Both the position numbers and the translations under genes were made by a program. Under the pieces are notes generated by a model. That model was not told the DNA's origin. It saw only the letters and a list, made by a program, of their open reading frames with translations, and ran no database searches. Below, one piece after another: positions 1-10,120 of a stretch of DNA of 22,134 bases. Source of the stretch: a virus (taxonomy: Duplodnaviria > Heunggongvirae > Uroviricota > Caudoviricetes); the IMG/VR virus record IMGVR_UViG_2671180864_000007. One strand, 5' to 3'. Each line of letters opens with the position of its first letter. Within the stretch, counting starts at the first letter, position 1.

Positions 1-430
1 CCTCAAAAACACCATCATACACTAAATCAGTAAGTTGGCAGCATCACCAGCCTTCTTGAGGCTACCACCTGTTTTCAGGTGTCATTCAGACGTGATTTGC
101 CCCAGATTGGGAAAGCACGCTTTTTTCTCAGCTATCGTCCTCTTATTTTGCCGTTACATTTCTTTTTGCACTCTAATGATTAATTTACAATAATAATATC
201 GGTAATTATTGAGTAATAATAAATTGATTATTGCAAATGTAATTTAATTCCATCTTCGCGTTATATTCCAATCTTTAATCTCCGCATGGAACAAGTTGCA
301 TGCGTGACTATATTAAGACAACTTATAACCACCAAAACATTTGCTTTGCAAGCAAAAACAGTGACCATTGACTCTAAGAAAATTCCGATCTATTGTTAGG
401 GTCATCAAAGTTACTTAACAGTATTCCGAA

Positions 431-532
431 ATGAAAATACAAAGCAAGCTAATTGTCTTATTAAACATTATTATTGCATTTATATTATTTGAGCTTTTAG
501 CTCAAAAATTTGGTTTGAGTACATTATTTTAA
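431..532 (+). CDS. Hypothetical 33-aa hydrophobic peptide (MKIQSKLIVLLNIIIAFILFELLAQKFGLSTLF); very tentative
   Basis: ATG-to-TAA ORF found by hand in the AT-rich region, predicted as a single transmembrane-like helix; no recognisable Shine-Dalgarno; about 150 nt upstream of the terminator at 682-714. Confidence 0.12.
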   Translation: MKIQSKLIVLLNIIIAFILFELLAQKFGLSTLF

Positions 533-681
533 AGCAAGATAAACAATATCGGGCACTCTAGTTTTTATAATTAACAATTAAACGTCCATAAAATGTTATT
601 TACTTTTCTTCGCTATTGTCATATCTTAATATAGTGGCTTACGCCACTCTACTTTCATCACATTTTGTACGTTTATGTACT

Positions 682-714
682 CGCCATGAAGCTCTTTCAT
701 GGCGATTTTTTATT
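682..714 (+). terminator. Plus-strand intrinsic terminator in the AT-rich flank
   Basis: Stem cgccatgaa / ttcatggcg (682-690 and 696-704) with loop gctct, followed by ATTTTTTATT. Confidence 0.5.
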
Positions 715-797
715 CTTAATCCAAGAACATACTCCCTACCTATAGCAAAATCACTTTTTTAACAAAAGAATAACGTATTTAGGTAATCATTACGAAT

Positions 798-1379
798 TTA
801 CCCTATAGGTGCTACTGGCCATTCAATATCCGGTGCAGTTGATGTATCAACACGGTTCAGCAACACCCGATACTTTTTCCAGGCTTCCAGCAACAAGGTT
901 TCTTTCTCCGTTGCGATCTCCAGATCCACAGCATCCTGAAGCGGCGCTATATGCTCACTGGCTACCTGCATCAGGCTGTTTTTTGTTTCTTCCGCCTCCC
1001 GGATCCGGAACAGTTTTTCTGCTTCCGTATCCTTCACCCAGGCTGTGCCGTTCCACTTCTGAAACTCCCCTTCCGGGGATAACCAGGTGACATTTTCCGG
1101 TAATGAGCCGAGTTCAGAAATAAATAACGCGTCGCCGGAAGCCACGTCATAAACCGTTTTACCCCGATGATCTTCAACGAGATGCCACGATGACTCATCA
1201 CTGTTGAAAACAGCCACGAAACCAGCCGGAATATCTGGCGGTGCAATATCGGTACTGTTTGCAGGCAGACCTGTATGAGGCGGAATATATGCGTCACCTT
1301 CACCAATAAATTCATTAGTTCCGGCCAGCAGGTTATAAATTTTTATGGTCCGTGCTTGTTCACTCATTCTGAATGCCAT
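798..1379 (-). CDS. tfa: Tail fibre assembly protein Tfa
   Basis: 193-aa [57 protein letters not shown]..., near-identical to lambda Tfa as recalled. Confidence 0.92.
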   Translation of the reverse strand: MAFRMSEQARTIKIYNLLAGTNEFIGEGDAYIPPHTGLPANSTDIAPPDIPAGFVAVFNSDESSWHLVEDHRGKTVYDVASGDALFISELGSLPENVTWLSPEGEFQKWNGTAWVKDTEAEKLFRIREAEETKNSLMQVASEHIAPLQDAVDLEIATEKETLLLEAWKKYRVLLNRVDTSTAPDIEWPVAPIG

Positions 1380-3888
1380 TATGCGAGCCTCACAATATAG
1401 TTAAATGCGATGTTTTTGACGGTGTTTTCCGCGTTACCAGCAGCGTTAACGGTGATGGTGTGTCCATGTGAACCAATCGCAACAGAGTGCGTATGAGCAC
1501 CAATACCGACAGTATGCGCGTGTGCACCCGCAGATGCTGCTGTGCCGGACAGTGAGTGTGTATGGTTTCCTTCTGAAGATGATTTACCTACCCATTGGGA
1601 GGTGCCACTGGTTAATGAGCCACTGATACCAACCTGATTAGTCCCGCTAACTTGAGTACTCCCTGCCGGAAACATTCCAGTAGGTTGACTCCCGCTATTC
1701 GTTCTGGGCCCAGTCTGACTATGTTGGTGGGCCCCAGCTGAACTTGTAGAGCCGCTCAGACTGTGCGTATGCGCCCCGGTGTTATTCGTGGATTTAGTGC
1801 CGTAATCAAACGACGATGTGGTTTTCGTCCCCAAATCCGTACTGGATGCGCTGGCGCTGTGGGTGTGCGATTTAATGCCATCCTGTTCCTGAGACAATAC
1901 GGCACGACCACTGGCGGGCTTGCCCTTAATCGTCCAGCCACGCATATCAGGGATCACGCCTGACGGATAAGCGGCTGCAAGTTTCGGGTAAGCAGATTTG
2001 TCAAAAGTCTGCCCCTGCATCAGGGCATAACCAGACGGAACGGTATCTGATGGCCACGGGATTGGTGCACCGACTGGATAAAACTCTGCAGGAGGATGAG
2101 CCGAGGTGTAAAGCTGCGCCCACGGCGACCAGTTTGCGTCGGTCGTATCCCGTCGTGAACGAATAAATGCCGGAGCATGAGCACCGCTTGTACCACTCCA
2201 GCCGATGAGTAACTCACCTTCGCCAACGGCTGTCATCCCTTTCAGGTGAATGATATTTCCATACGCTGTTGGATATCCGTTGTTATACACCTCGTATAAC
2301 TCAAGACCTGCTGCCCCCTGCGTATTGTCTGTCAGCGCGGCTACCCGACCTTTTGAAGCCAGATTAACTGATGATACTGCTGTTCCACCTGACGGTAGCG
2401 CCCCGATCTCTGATGCCGTTGGCTTATTTCTGGAGTTATAGTCCCTTCGCCAGCCAGGTGAATAATCTGTTCCGTGATTAATATAGGTAAACTGGGCGTT
2501 GGTTGTTCCGCCACCGCTGGATGTGGTCGGAGTGGTAATGCGGATCGTCATCGCTGACTTTATCCCCATTACTTCAATGACAGCTCCGGCGAGATGAATA
2601 TTACCGCAGCCAGTATCAGTAATGATTTTATTATTGCCATAAGACCAGGAACCCTTGCACATCCAGTATGGATGGTTAAATGCTCCCTGAGAATCCAGCC
2701 ACTCGATAAACTGTGCAGTCGTCCAGTTTCCTGTTGTTGTGCTTACTGACCCACCGAAGGCACGGCAGGCACCAATATTTTTCGTAAAGGTGTCTTTGCC
2801 AGGGATATCCGCACCGTTCTGATCTTTCTGCAGACGTTTCTCAGCATTGTCATTGGCTGCTTTTACTGCCTTTGGCGTTGCCGCCAGCGTTTCAGACGTG
2901 CTGTTGGTCGCGCTGCTTAGCTGGATTATCCCTTTCTGTGCTGTCGTTGCATCCTGTGCGGTGTATTTCCCGTTAGCCAGGTCATACGCGGCCTTAACGG
3001 CTTTTGGTGTTGCCGCCAGTGACTCGGAAGTGCTGTTAGTCGCACTACTGAGCTGTACTATCCCCTTTTTCGTCGTGCTCGCATCCTCAAGCGCCACGGC
3101 GGATGCAATATCCTCTGCCCGTTTTGCCGCTGTCTCAGCGCGCGTTGCTGCAGATTCCGCCGTACTTTTGCTCTGAGCTGCTGCCGTCGCACTACCAGCA
3201 GCCTCTGTCGCCTTCGTGGATGCCGTCGTGGCGCTGCCCTTCGCTGCTGACGCCTGTCTGGTCGCCTCATCTTTTGAAGCAGACGCCGATGATGCCGATG
3301 ACGCCGCCGAACTGGCGGACGATGCGGCAGCCGTTTTTGAGGATTCTGCACGGGTTTCCGACGCTTTCGCGTTCGTTTCGGATGTCTTCGCTGCGGAAGC
3401 TGACCTCGCTGCTGCCGTGGCCTGCTCAGTGGCTTCGCCAGCCTTCGTTGTGGCTGTTGAAGCGGATGATGCGGCGCTTTCTGCCGATTTTCCGGCGGCG
3501 GTGGCACTGGCTGAGGCCTGCCCGGCACTTGTTGACGCGGCGCTGGCAGACGACGCAGCCGCTGTTTTTGAGCCTGCCGCAGCTGAGGCACTCTGTCCCG
3601 CTGCCGTTTCAGAAGACCTGGCGTTCGTCTCGGACGTTTTGGCCGCCTTCGCAGAATTTGCAGCCGCCGTCGCCGAGGAAGCTGCGCTACTGGCGCTTGA
3701 TGATGCGTTCGTTTCTGATGATTTTGCCGCCTCTTTTGAAGCCGACGCATCCCGGGCTGAGGTGGCAGCTTCTGACGCTTTCGTGGTCGCGGTGGATGCA
3801 GAAGTGGCTGCTGATTGTTGTGACGCTGCCGCATTCGTTTCTAACGTTTTCGCCGCACCGGCACTGGTAGCCGCCGCGCTTTTTGAGG
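1379..3888 (-). CDS. stf: Side tail fibre Stf, 3' portion: Ala-rich repeats, two phage-tail-fibre repeats, a non-lambda central block, and a lambda/T4 gp37-like C-terminus with HxH motifs
   Basis: ORF ends ...[49 protein letters not shown] (lambda Stf C-terminus); the TAA overlaps the tfa ATG (TAATG). Confidence 0.8.
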
Positions 3889-3899
3889 NNNNNNNNNNN
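3889..3899. other. Assembly gap (N run) inside the stf repeat region
   Basis: 11 N; the flank 3318-3888 is identical to 5060-5630. Confidence 0.9.
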
Positions 3900-5047
3900 A
3901 CATCATTCCCCGTAAAATACGGAAACCTGTCTGCCGCAGTAGCAAGCCCCGCCAGCGCCGTCAGGGTGGCATCTTTCGGTTGCTTACCCGCAAGCGCGTT
4001 AGTCATGGTGGTCGCAAAATTCGGGTCGTTGCCCAGCGCCGCAGCCAGCTCGTTCAGCGTGTTCAGTGCATCAGGTGACGAATCTACAAGGGCGGCAATC
4101 GCAGCCATAACGAAAGCCGTGCTTGCGATTTGGGTATTATTCGTTCCCTGTCGCGCAGTTGGTGTTGTTGGCGTTCCGGTCAGTGCAGGACTATTTAAGG
4201 GCGCTTTCTTGTTCGTTTCACCCATTACCGCCTTAACCGCTTTTGGCGTTGCCGCCAGTGACTCGGAAGTGCTGTTGGTCGCACTGCTGAGCTGTACTAT
4301 CCCCTTTTTCGTCGTGCTCGCATCCTCAAGCGCCACGGCGGATGCAATATCCTCTGCCCGTTTTGCTGCTGTCTCGGCGCGCGTTGCCGCGGATTCAGCA
4401 GCAACTTTGCTCTGAGATGCAGCCGTCGCACTGCCTGCCGCCTCTGATGCTTTCGTTGTTGCTGTCGTGGCACTACCTTTCGCTGCTGACGCTTGTCTGG
4501 TCGCCTCATCTTTTGAAGCAGACGCAGATGATGCCGATGACGCCGCTGAACTGGCTGACGATGCGGCTGCTGCCTTAGAGGAAGCAGCATTGTCTGCTGA
4601 AGTCTTTGCATTTGTTTCAGAGGTTTTTGCTGCAGAAGCAGACCTCGCTGCTGCAGTGGCTTGCTCAGTGGCTTTGCCAGCCTTCGTTGTGGCTGTTGAA
4701 GCGGATGATGCGGCGCTTTCTGCCGATTTTCCGGCGGCGGTGGCACTGGCTGAGGCCTGCCCGGCACTTGTTGACGCGGCACTGGCAGATAATGCAGCCG
4801 CTGTTTTTGAACCTGCCGCAGCTGAGGCGCTCTGTCCCGCTGCTGTTTCAGAAGACTTAGCGTTCGTCTCGGACGTTTTTGCCGCCTTCGCGGAATTTCC
4901 TGCCGCCGTTGCCGAGGAAGCTGCACTACTGGCACTTGATGATGCATTCGTTTCTGACGTTTTCGCGGCACTGGCGCTGGTAGCTGCCGCGCTTTTTGAT
5001 GACTCTGCAGCAGCACTTTTTGCTGCTTCACGGGCCTTTGTCGATGC
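3900..5047 (-). CDS. stf: Stf internal segment (Ala-rich repeats then the lambda-like central region ...[57 protein letters not shown]...FTGND), bounded by gaps on both sides
   Basis: Hand translation of the 1379-4336 ORF frame upstream of 4336 stays open and gives ...[38 protein letters not shown]...[17 protein letters not shown]. Confidence 0.6.
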
Positions 5048-5059
5048 CNNNNNNNNNNN
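5048..5059. other. Assembly gap (N run) inside the stf repeat region
   Basis: N run; the flank below it matches 7199-7265 and the flank above matches 3318 onward. Confidence 0.9.
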
Positions 5060-6204
5060 GACGATGCGGCAGCCGTTTTTGAGGATTCTGCACGGGTTTC
5101 CGACGCTTTCGCGTTCGTTTCGGATGTCTTCGCTGCGGAAGCTGACCTCGCTGCTGCCGTGGCCTGCTCAGTGGCTTCGCCAGCCTTCGTTGTGGCTGTT
5201 GAAGCGGATGATGCGGCGCTTTCTGCCGATTTTCCGGCGGCGGTGGCACTGGCTGAGGCCTGCCCGGCACTTGTTGACGCGGCGCTGGCAGACGACGCAG
5301 CCGCTGTTTTTGAGCCTGCCGCAGCTGAGGCACTCTGTCCCGCTGCCGTTTCAGAAGACCTGGCGTTCGTCTCGGACGTTTTGGCCGCCTTCGCAGAATT
5401 TGCAGCCGCCGTCGCCGAGGAAGCTGCGCTACTGGCGCTTGATGATGCGTTCGTTTCTGATGATTTTGCCGCCTCTTTTGAAGCCGACGCATCCCGGGCT
5501 GAGGTGGCAGCTTCTGACGCTTTCGTGGTCGCGGTGGATGCAGAAGTGGCTGCTGATTGTTGTGACGCTGCCGCATTCGTTTCTAACGTTTTCGCCGCAC
5601 CGGCACTGGTAGCCGCCGCGCTTTTTGAGGACTCTGCAGCGGCAGCACTTTTTGAGGCTTCAGTGGCCTTTGTTGATGCCGTTCCTGCGCTGGAAGACGC
5701 TGACTGAGCCGACGAAGCGGCCTGTCCGGCTGACGTGCTGGCTGCACGTGCTGAATCTGCAGCATCAGTCGCATGGGTTGCCGCCTCACGGGCTGATGTG
5801 CTGGCATCGCTGGCTGATTTCTTCGCGGCTGCCGTGTTCTGTGCCACCGCGGACGCGTTACGCGCCACCTCTTCCACCATCAGCTCAAAACGGCGCAGTG
5901 CCTCCGGACGGGCATCATCCTCCGTCATGGCACCGAGAAAATCATTCAGCGTACCGGGTCGGGAATCTTCATACACGGTGATGGTCCCGGCATGTGACGG
6001 CGGGAATCCTTCCACCAACAGAATAACGCTGTACTGACCGTACTCAACGTCCATGCTGTAACGCCCGGCTTCATCCGGATTTTCTGAGGCCAGCGTGTTC
6101 ACCACCACCGTGGTGCTGTTACGTTTTGCTTTCAGCTGGATTGTGCAGTTCTGTACCGGTTTTCCTGTGCCGTCTTTCAGTACACCTGAAATCTTTACTG
6201 CCAT
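5060..6204 (-). CDS. stf: Side tail fibre Stf, 5' portion (lambda-like N-terminus MAVKISGVLKDGTGKPVQNCTIQLKAK...), 3' end cut by the N run at about 5048-5059
   Basis: ATG at 6202-6204 (the ORF track starts 6 nt upstream at GTG); N-terminal domain followed by the Ala-rich repeat region. 5060-5630 is identical to 3318-3888. Confidence 0.7.
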
Positions 6205-6214
6205 ATTCACCCCA

Positions 6215-6242
6215 CAAAAAAGCCCGCCTGAACCGGCGGGCT
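6215..6242 (-). terminator. Intrinsic terminator upstream of the stf start (second copy of the 10033-10060 element)
   Basis: Same sequence as 10033-10060. Confidence 0.5.
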
Positions 6243-6302
6243 GTCATAACACTGTGTTACCTGGCTAATCAGAATTTATAACCGACACCCACGATGAAAC
6301 CG

Positions 6303-6526
6303 TCAGTGCGCCAGAGACGTGTTGCTGTGGCGACCGTCATCACTTCCGGTCAGCACATCGTGCGTTTTCCCCTTATTGTCAGTTACGCGGATATAATCCC
6401 CGGAAAAAGTCGACACACGGCTGTAAGCCACACCCGCCATCGCATACGCGCTGAACCATTCATTCACGCGCACAGACGGCCCCGCCATCACGCTGAACCA
6501 GCGGTTACGCACGGAATCTTCATGCC
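6303..6526 (-). pseudogene. lom: Lom fragment (3' part with the same internal deletion as the copy at 10121-10603), joined to stf repeat sequence at N 6527
   Basis: 6260-6526 is identical to 10078-10344; ORF 6303-6512 reads ...RHSNTSLAH*. Confidence 0.55.
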
Positions 6527-6527
6527 N

Positions 6528-7768
6528 GTCGCACTGCCTGCCGCCTCTGATGCTTTCGTTGTTGCTGTCGTGGCACTACCTTTCGCTGCTGACGCTTGTC
6601 TGGTCGCCTCATCTTTTGAAGCAGACGCAGATGATGCCGATGACGCCGCTGAACTGGCTGACGATGCGGCTGCTGCCTTAGAGGAAGCAGCATTGTCTGC
6701 TGAAGTCTTTGCATTTGTTTCAGAGGTTTTTGCTGCAGAAGCAGACCTCGCTGCTGCAGTGGCTTTGCCAGCCTTCGTTGTGGCTGTTGAAGCGGATGAT
6801 GCGGCGCTTTCTGCCGATTTTCCGGCGGCGGTGGCACTGGCTGAGGCCTGCCCGGCACTTGTTGACGCGGCACTGGCAGATAATGCAGCCGCTGTTTTTG
6901 AACCTGCCGCAGCTGAGGCGCTCTGTCCCGCTGCTGTTTCAGAAGACTTAGCGTTCGTCTCGGACGTTTTTGCCGCCTTCGCGGAATTTCCTGCCGCCGT
7001 TGCCGAGGAAGCTGCACTACTGGCACTTGATGATGCATTCGTTTCTGAAGATTTCGCTGCCTCTTTTGAGGCCGCCGCACCCCGTGCCGAGGTGGCAGCT
7101 TCTGACGCCTTCGTGGTCGCTGTGGATGCAGAAGTGGCTGCCGATTTTTGTGATGCTGCGGCATTCGTTTCTGACGTTTTCGCGGCACTGGCGCTGGTAG
7201 CTGCCGCGCTTTTTGATGACTCTGCAGCAGCACTTTTTGCTGCTTCACGGGCCTTTGTCGATGCCGTTCCTGCGCTGGAAGACGCTGACTGAGCCGACGA
7301 CGCGGCCTGTCCGGCTGACGTGCTGGCGGCACGTGCTGAGGCTGCAGCATCGGTTGCATGAGTTGCCGCCTCGCTGGCTGATTTTTTCGCGGCTGCCGTA
7401 TTCTGTGCAACCGCGGAGGCGTTACGTGACACCTCTTCCACCATCTGCTCAAAGCGGCGCAGTGCCTCCGGTCGGACATCATCCTCCGTCATGGCACCGA
7501 GAAAATCATTCAGCGTACCTGGTCTGGAACCTTCATAGACGGTAATGGTCCCGGCATGTGAAGGCGGAAAACCTTCAACCAGCAGGGTGACGCTGTACTG
7601 ACCATGCTCAACATCCATGCTGTAACGTCCGGCTTCATCCGGATTTTCAGAGGCCACCGTGTTCACCACCATCGTGCTGCTGGTTCGTCTGGCCTTCAGC
7701 ACAATGGTGCAGTTCTGTACTGGTTTTCCTGTGCCATCTTTAAGCACGCCAGAAATTTTTACTGTCAT
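6528..7768 (-). CDS. stf: Side tail fibre Stf, 5' portion (variant N-terminus MTVKISGVLKD...), 3' end cut at the ambiguous base 6527
   Basis: ORF 6488-7768 encodes the Stf N-terminal domain plus the Ala/Ser/Thr-rich repeat region (...[40 protein letters not shown]...). Confidence 0.7.
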
Positions 7769-7781
7769 ACTTTTCCACCAA

Positions 7782-7814
7782 TAAAAAAAGCCCGCAGCAG
7801 TGACGCCACGGGCT
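7782..7814 (-). terminator. Intrinsic terminator between lom and stf (copy Y)
   Basis: Minus strand: agcccg...cgggct hairpin followed by TTTTTTT; the stem is short and the loop long, so this is weaker than the other terminators. Confidence 0.4.
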
Positions 7815-7919
7815 TCAGGACAGTGTAACTTTACGTTTCCTCAAACGCAGTTCACCCCATAAGGTGGATGAACCTGCGTATCATAACAATATTTACAGAA
7901 GATAAATCGGCGTCTGTTG

Positions 7920-8519
7920 TCAGATACGGTATCCGATACCAACAATAAATGCATCCGTTCGCCAGTCACCACTACCGGAACCTTCATAAGCAAGGTCAAT
8001 GGTCACGGATTCGGTCGGGTTAAACTGCACGCCAGCCCCCCACGCCAGAGACGTGTTGCTGTGGCGACCGTCATCACTTCCGGTCAGCACATCGTGCGTT
8101 TTCCCCTTGTTGTCAGTTACGCGGAGATAATCCCCGGAGAAAGTCGACACACGGCTGTAAGCCACACCCACCATCGCATACGCGCTGAACCATTCATTCA
8201 CGCGTACAGACGGCCCCGCCATCACGCTGAACCAGCGGTTACGCACGGAATCTTCATGCCAGCGGGTATCGCTGTAGTGCGTTTTTTGCTCATCCTCAGC
8301 ATTGGCATAACTGAAGGACGTAATCAGCCCCAGCGCGTCCGTAAACTCATAACGGTATTTCACGTTAATCCCGTTCAGATTATCGCTGCCGGGAGCGTTC
8401 GTACGGGCATGAAGATACCCCGCGCTCAGTGTGGACTGATGTTCAGACGCCCATGCAGGCGCACCGGATACGGCCAGGCAAATGGCTGCGGACAAAATGG
8501 CTGCACAAACTTTACGCAT
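7920..8519 (-). CDS. lom: Lom outer membrane protein (Ail/Lom/OmpX family), intact copy
   Basis: 199-aa ORF with signal peptide MRKVCAAILSAAICLAVSGAPAWA and the beta-barrel C-terminus ...DAFIVGIGYRI; matches lambda Lom. Confidence 0.88.
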   Translation of the reverse strand: MRKVCAAILSAAICLAVSGAPAWASEHQSTLSAGYLHARTNAPGSDNLNGINVKYRYEFTDALGLITSFSYANAEDEQKTHYSDTRWHEDSVRNRWFSVMAGPSVRVNEWFSAYAMVGVAYSRVSTFSGDYLRVTDNKGKTHDVLTGSDDGRHSNTSLAWGAGVQFNPTESVTIDLAYEGSGSGDWRTDAFIVGIGYRI

Positions 8520-8542
8520 AATTACCTCTCGCTTTTCTGCAA

Positions 8543-8567
8543 TAAAAAAGGCGCCATTTCTGGCGCC
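8543..8567 (-). terminator. Intrinsic terminator between J (copy B) and lom
   Basis: Minus strand: stem ggcgcca / tggcgcc with loop gaaa, followed by TTTTTTATT. Confidence 0.55.
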
Positions 8568-8586
8568 CGTATATGGGTTATAAAAT

Positions 8587-9916
8587 TCAGCTGATACTGA
8601 TGCCTGCGGTGGCTTTCTTCATCACCACAACCAGCAAATCGCTGATACTTGCTGTGGGATACCAGTTATTCACCAGCCATGCTGACACCGAAAACTCCAG
8701 CGTCATGTGGCCGCGACCAGCTGGCATATCAATAACACCACTGTAAATCAGCGTATTATCCAGCGCGGTACGGTTATAAATTTCAGCACCGTTTTTCCGT
8801 ACTATCAGGCGGCATGACGAATAAATATCGTTATTCTCCCGCTCATGTTTAGCGCCGCTGAATGCCACCGCCGGAATAACAATTTGCCTGTCAAAAGGCT
8901 GATCGTCATAAATCCTGACGGTAATGGTCCCTGATGGCCACCGCTCCGGTGCCCGGGAGTCCCGCGGAAAAGCCTTACCCACTGTTTTGACTATATCGCC
9001 TTCAATCTGGTTGGCTGACAGTTTCCCCTTAATCTGACAGTTCTCATTAATTGTGACATTGTTGAGCGTCCCGGCGTTCGCATTCACACTGCCACTGATA
9101 TCTGCATTTTTAGCGGTCAGTTTTCCGTCCGGTGTCAGGGAAAATGCCGGAGGATTACCGCCGCTGGTAATGGTGGGAGCCGTCAGGCGTTTCAGGAACA
9201 CGTCGTTCATGAATATCTGATCGCCCTGACCAACAAACATCGGCTTTGTGTTGCCATTCGCAGGATTAATCATCGCAATCCTGTCTGCCGCCAGCAGCAC
9301 CTGACTCTGCATTCCTGCTGGCGTATTCTCAATACCGGCACCGATACCCGCAATATAAAGGCGTCCGTCCTTCATCTGTTGCAGCTTCACAGCCCACATG
9401 CTGTTCAGATTATTATTTGTATCAACCTGAACCTTCTGTATCTGCTGGATTGCCGCACTCTGGTCTTTCAGTTTCTTATTGACAGTCTGCGTGATTTCAT
9501 TGCTGACATCCGTAATGGACGTCCTGATTTCAGCCAGGTCAGGCGCAAGCTGACCGTTATCAATCTGCGTCCACAGCTCCTGAGCCAGATGTGTTTTCCC
9601 TATCTCTCCTTTGAAAAAATCCAGGTAACCTTCCGCATCATCGCTCGCCCGACCGACAGCCTCCACGAATGCCGATTTGCCAACGGTGTTCACACTGCGA
9701 ACGTAAAAATAATAATCATGGCCCGGTTTGATATTGATACTGGCGGCTATCCAGTACAGCGCCGTGCCAAGATAGCGGGCGCTGGTTTCAACCTGCCTGA
9801 TATCCGCAATCCGCTTTTCCGAGAACCAGAACTCAAACTGTACCGTCGGGTCATAAACGGCAAGATGCGGCGTTGCGGTTATCTGAAAATAGCCCGGCGT
9901 CAGCTCAATCCGCGAC
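8587..9916 (-). CDS. J: Second J 3' fragment (5' end cut by the gap) with a different C-terminal (putative receptor-binding) domain from the J at 10674
   Basis: [44 protein letters not shown]... is near-identical to the J at 11100-12000 up to ...NENC.IKG, then diverges over the last 145 aa or so (8587-9024). Confidence 0.7.
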
Positions 9917-9927
9917 NNNNNNNNNNN
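9917..9927. other. Assembly gap (N run) at a repeat boundary
   Basis: 11 N; the flank at 9928 onward is identical to 6110 onward (stf 5' end) and the other flank is the J 3' region. Confidence 0.9.
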
Positions 9928-10022
9928 GTGGTGCTGTTACGTTTTGCTTTCAGCTGGATTGTGCAGTTCTGTACCGGTTTTCCTGTGCCGTCTTTCAGTA
10001 CACCTGAAATCTTTACTGCCAT
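9928..10022 (-). CDS. stf: Side tail fibre Stf, 5' end only (truncated by the N run at 9917-9927)
   Basis: ATG at 10020-10022 preceded by GGGGTGA; encodes MAVKISGVLKDGTGKPVQNCTIQLKAK..., the lambda Stf N-terminus. Identical to 6110-6204. Confidence 0.6.
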
Positions 10023-10032
10023 ATTCACCCCA

Positions 10033-10060
10033 CAAAAAAGCCCGCCTGAACCGGCGGGCT
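10033..10060 (-). terminator. Intrinsic terminator immediately upstream of the stf start
   Basis: Minus strand: stem agcccgcc / ggcgggct with a 6-nt loop, followed by TTTTTT; 14 nt before the stf ATG. The same element recurs at 6215-6242. Confidence 0.55.
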
Positions 10061-10120
10061 GTCATAACACTGTGTTACCTGGCTAATCAGAATTTATAAC
10101 CGACACCCACGATGAAACCG

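Noticed and set aside
1-130. Possible tRNA or att site at the window start (moderate GC, small hairpins at 65-83 and near 100-126)
   Set aside because: No cloverleaf or conserved tRNA features could be folded by eye, and the hairpins are short with no U-tract; insufficient evidence.
3058-7482. Arg/Gln/Pro-rich minus-strand ORFs (258 aa, 182 aa, 320 aa) and Ala/Asp-rich plus-strand ORFs (399 aa, 381 aa, 332 aa) across the stf region
   Set aside because: These are alternative-frame or antisense readings of the GCN-rich Ala/Ser/Thr repeat region of stf; the Stf frame is the one carrying recognisable lambda Stf sequence.
3310-7768. Possibility that the regularly repeated segments separated by N runs form a CRISPR array or other array-like element
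   Set aside because: The repeats are hundreds of bp long, protein-coding (stf or lom) and interrupted by artificial N runs; there are no short direct repeats with unique spacers.
7917-8594. Plus-strand 225-aa ORF (and the 96-aa ORF at 10112-10402) overlapping lom
   Set aside because: Antisense to lom, which has a clear signal peptide and an Ail/Lom barrel; no independent support.
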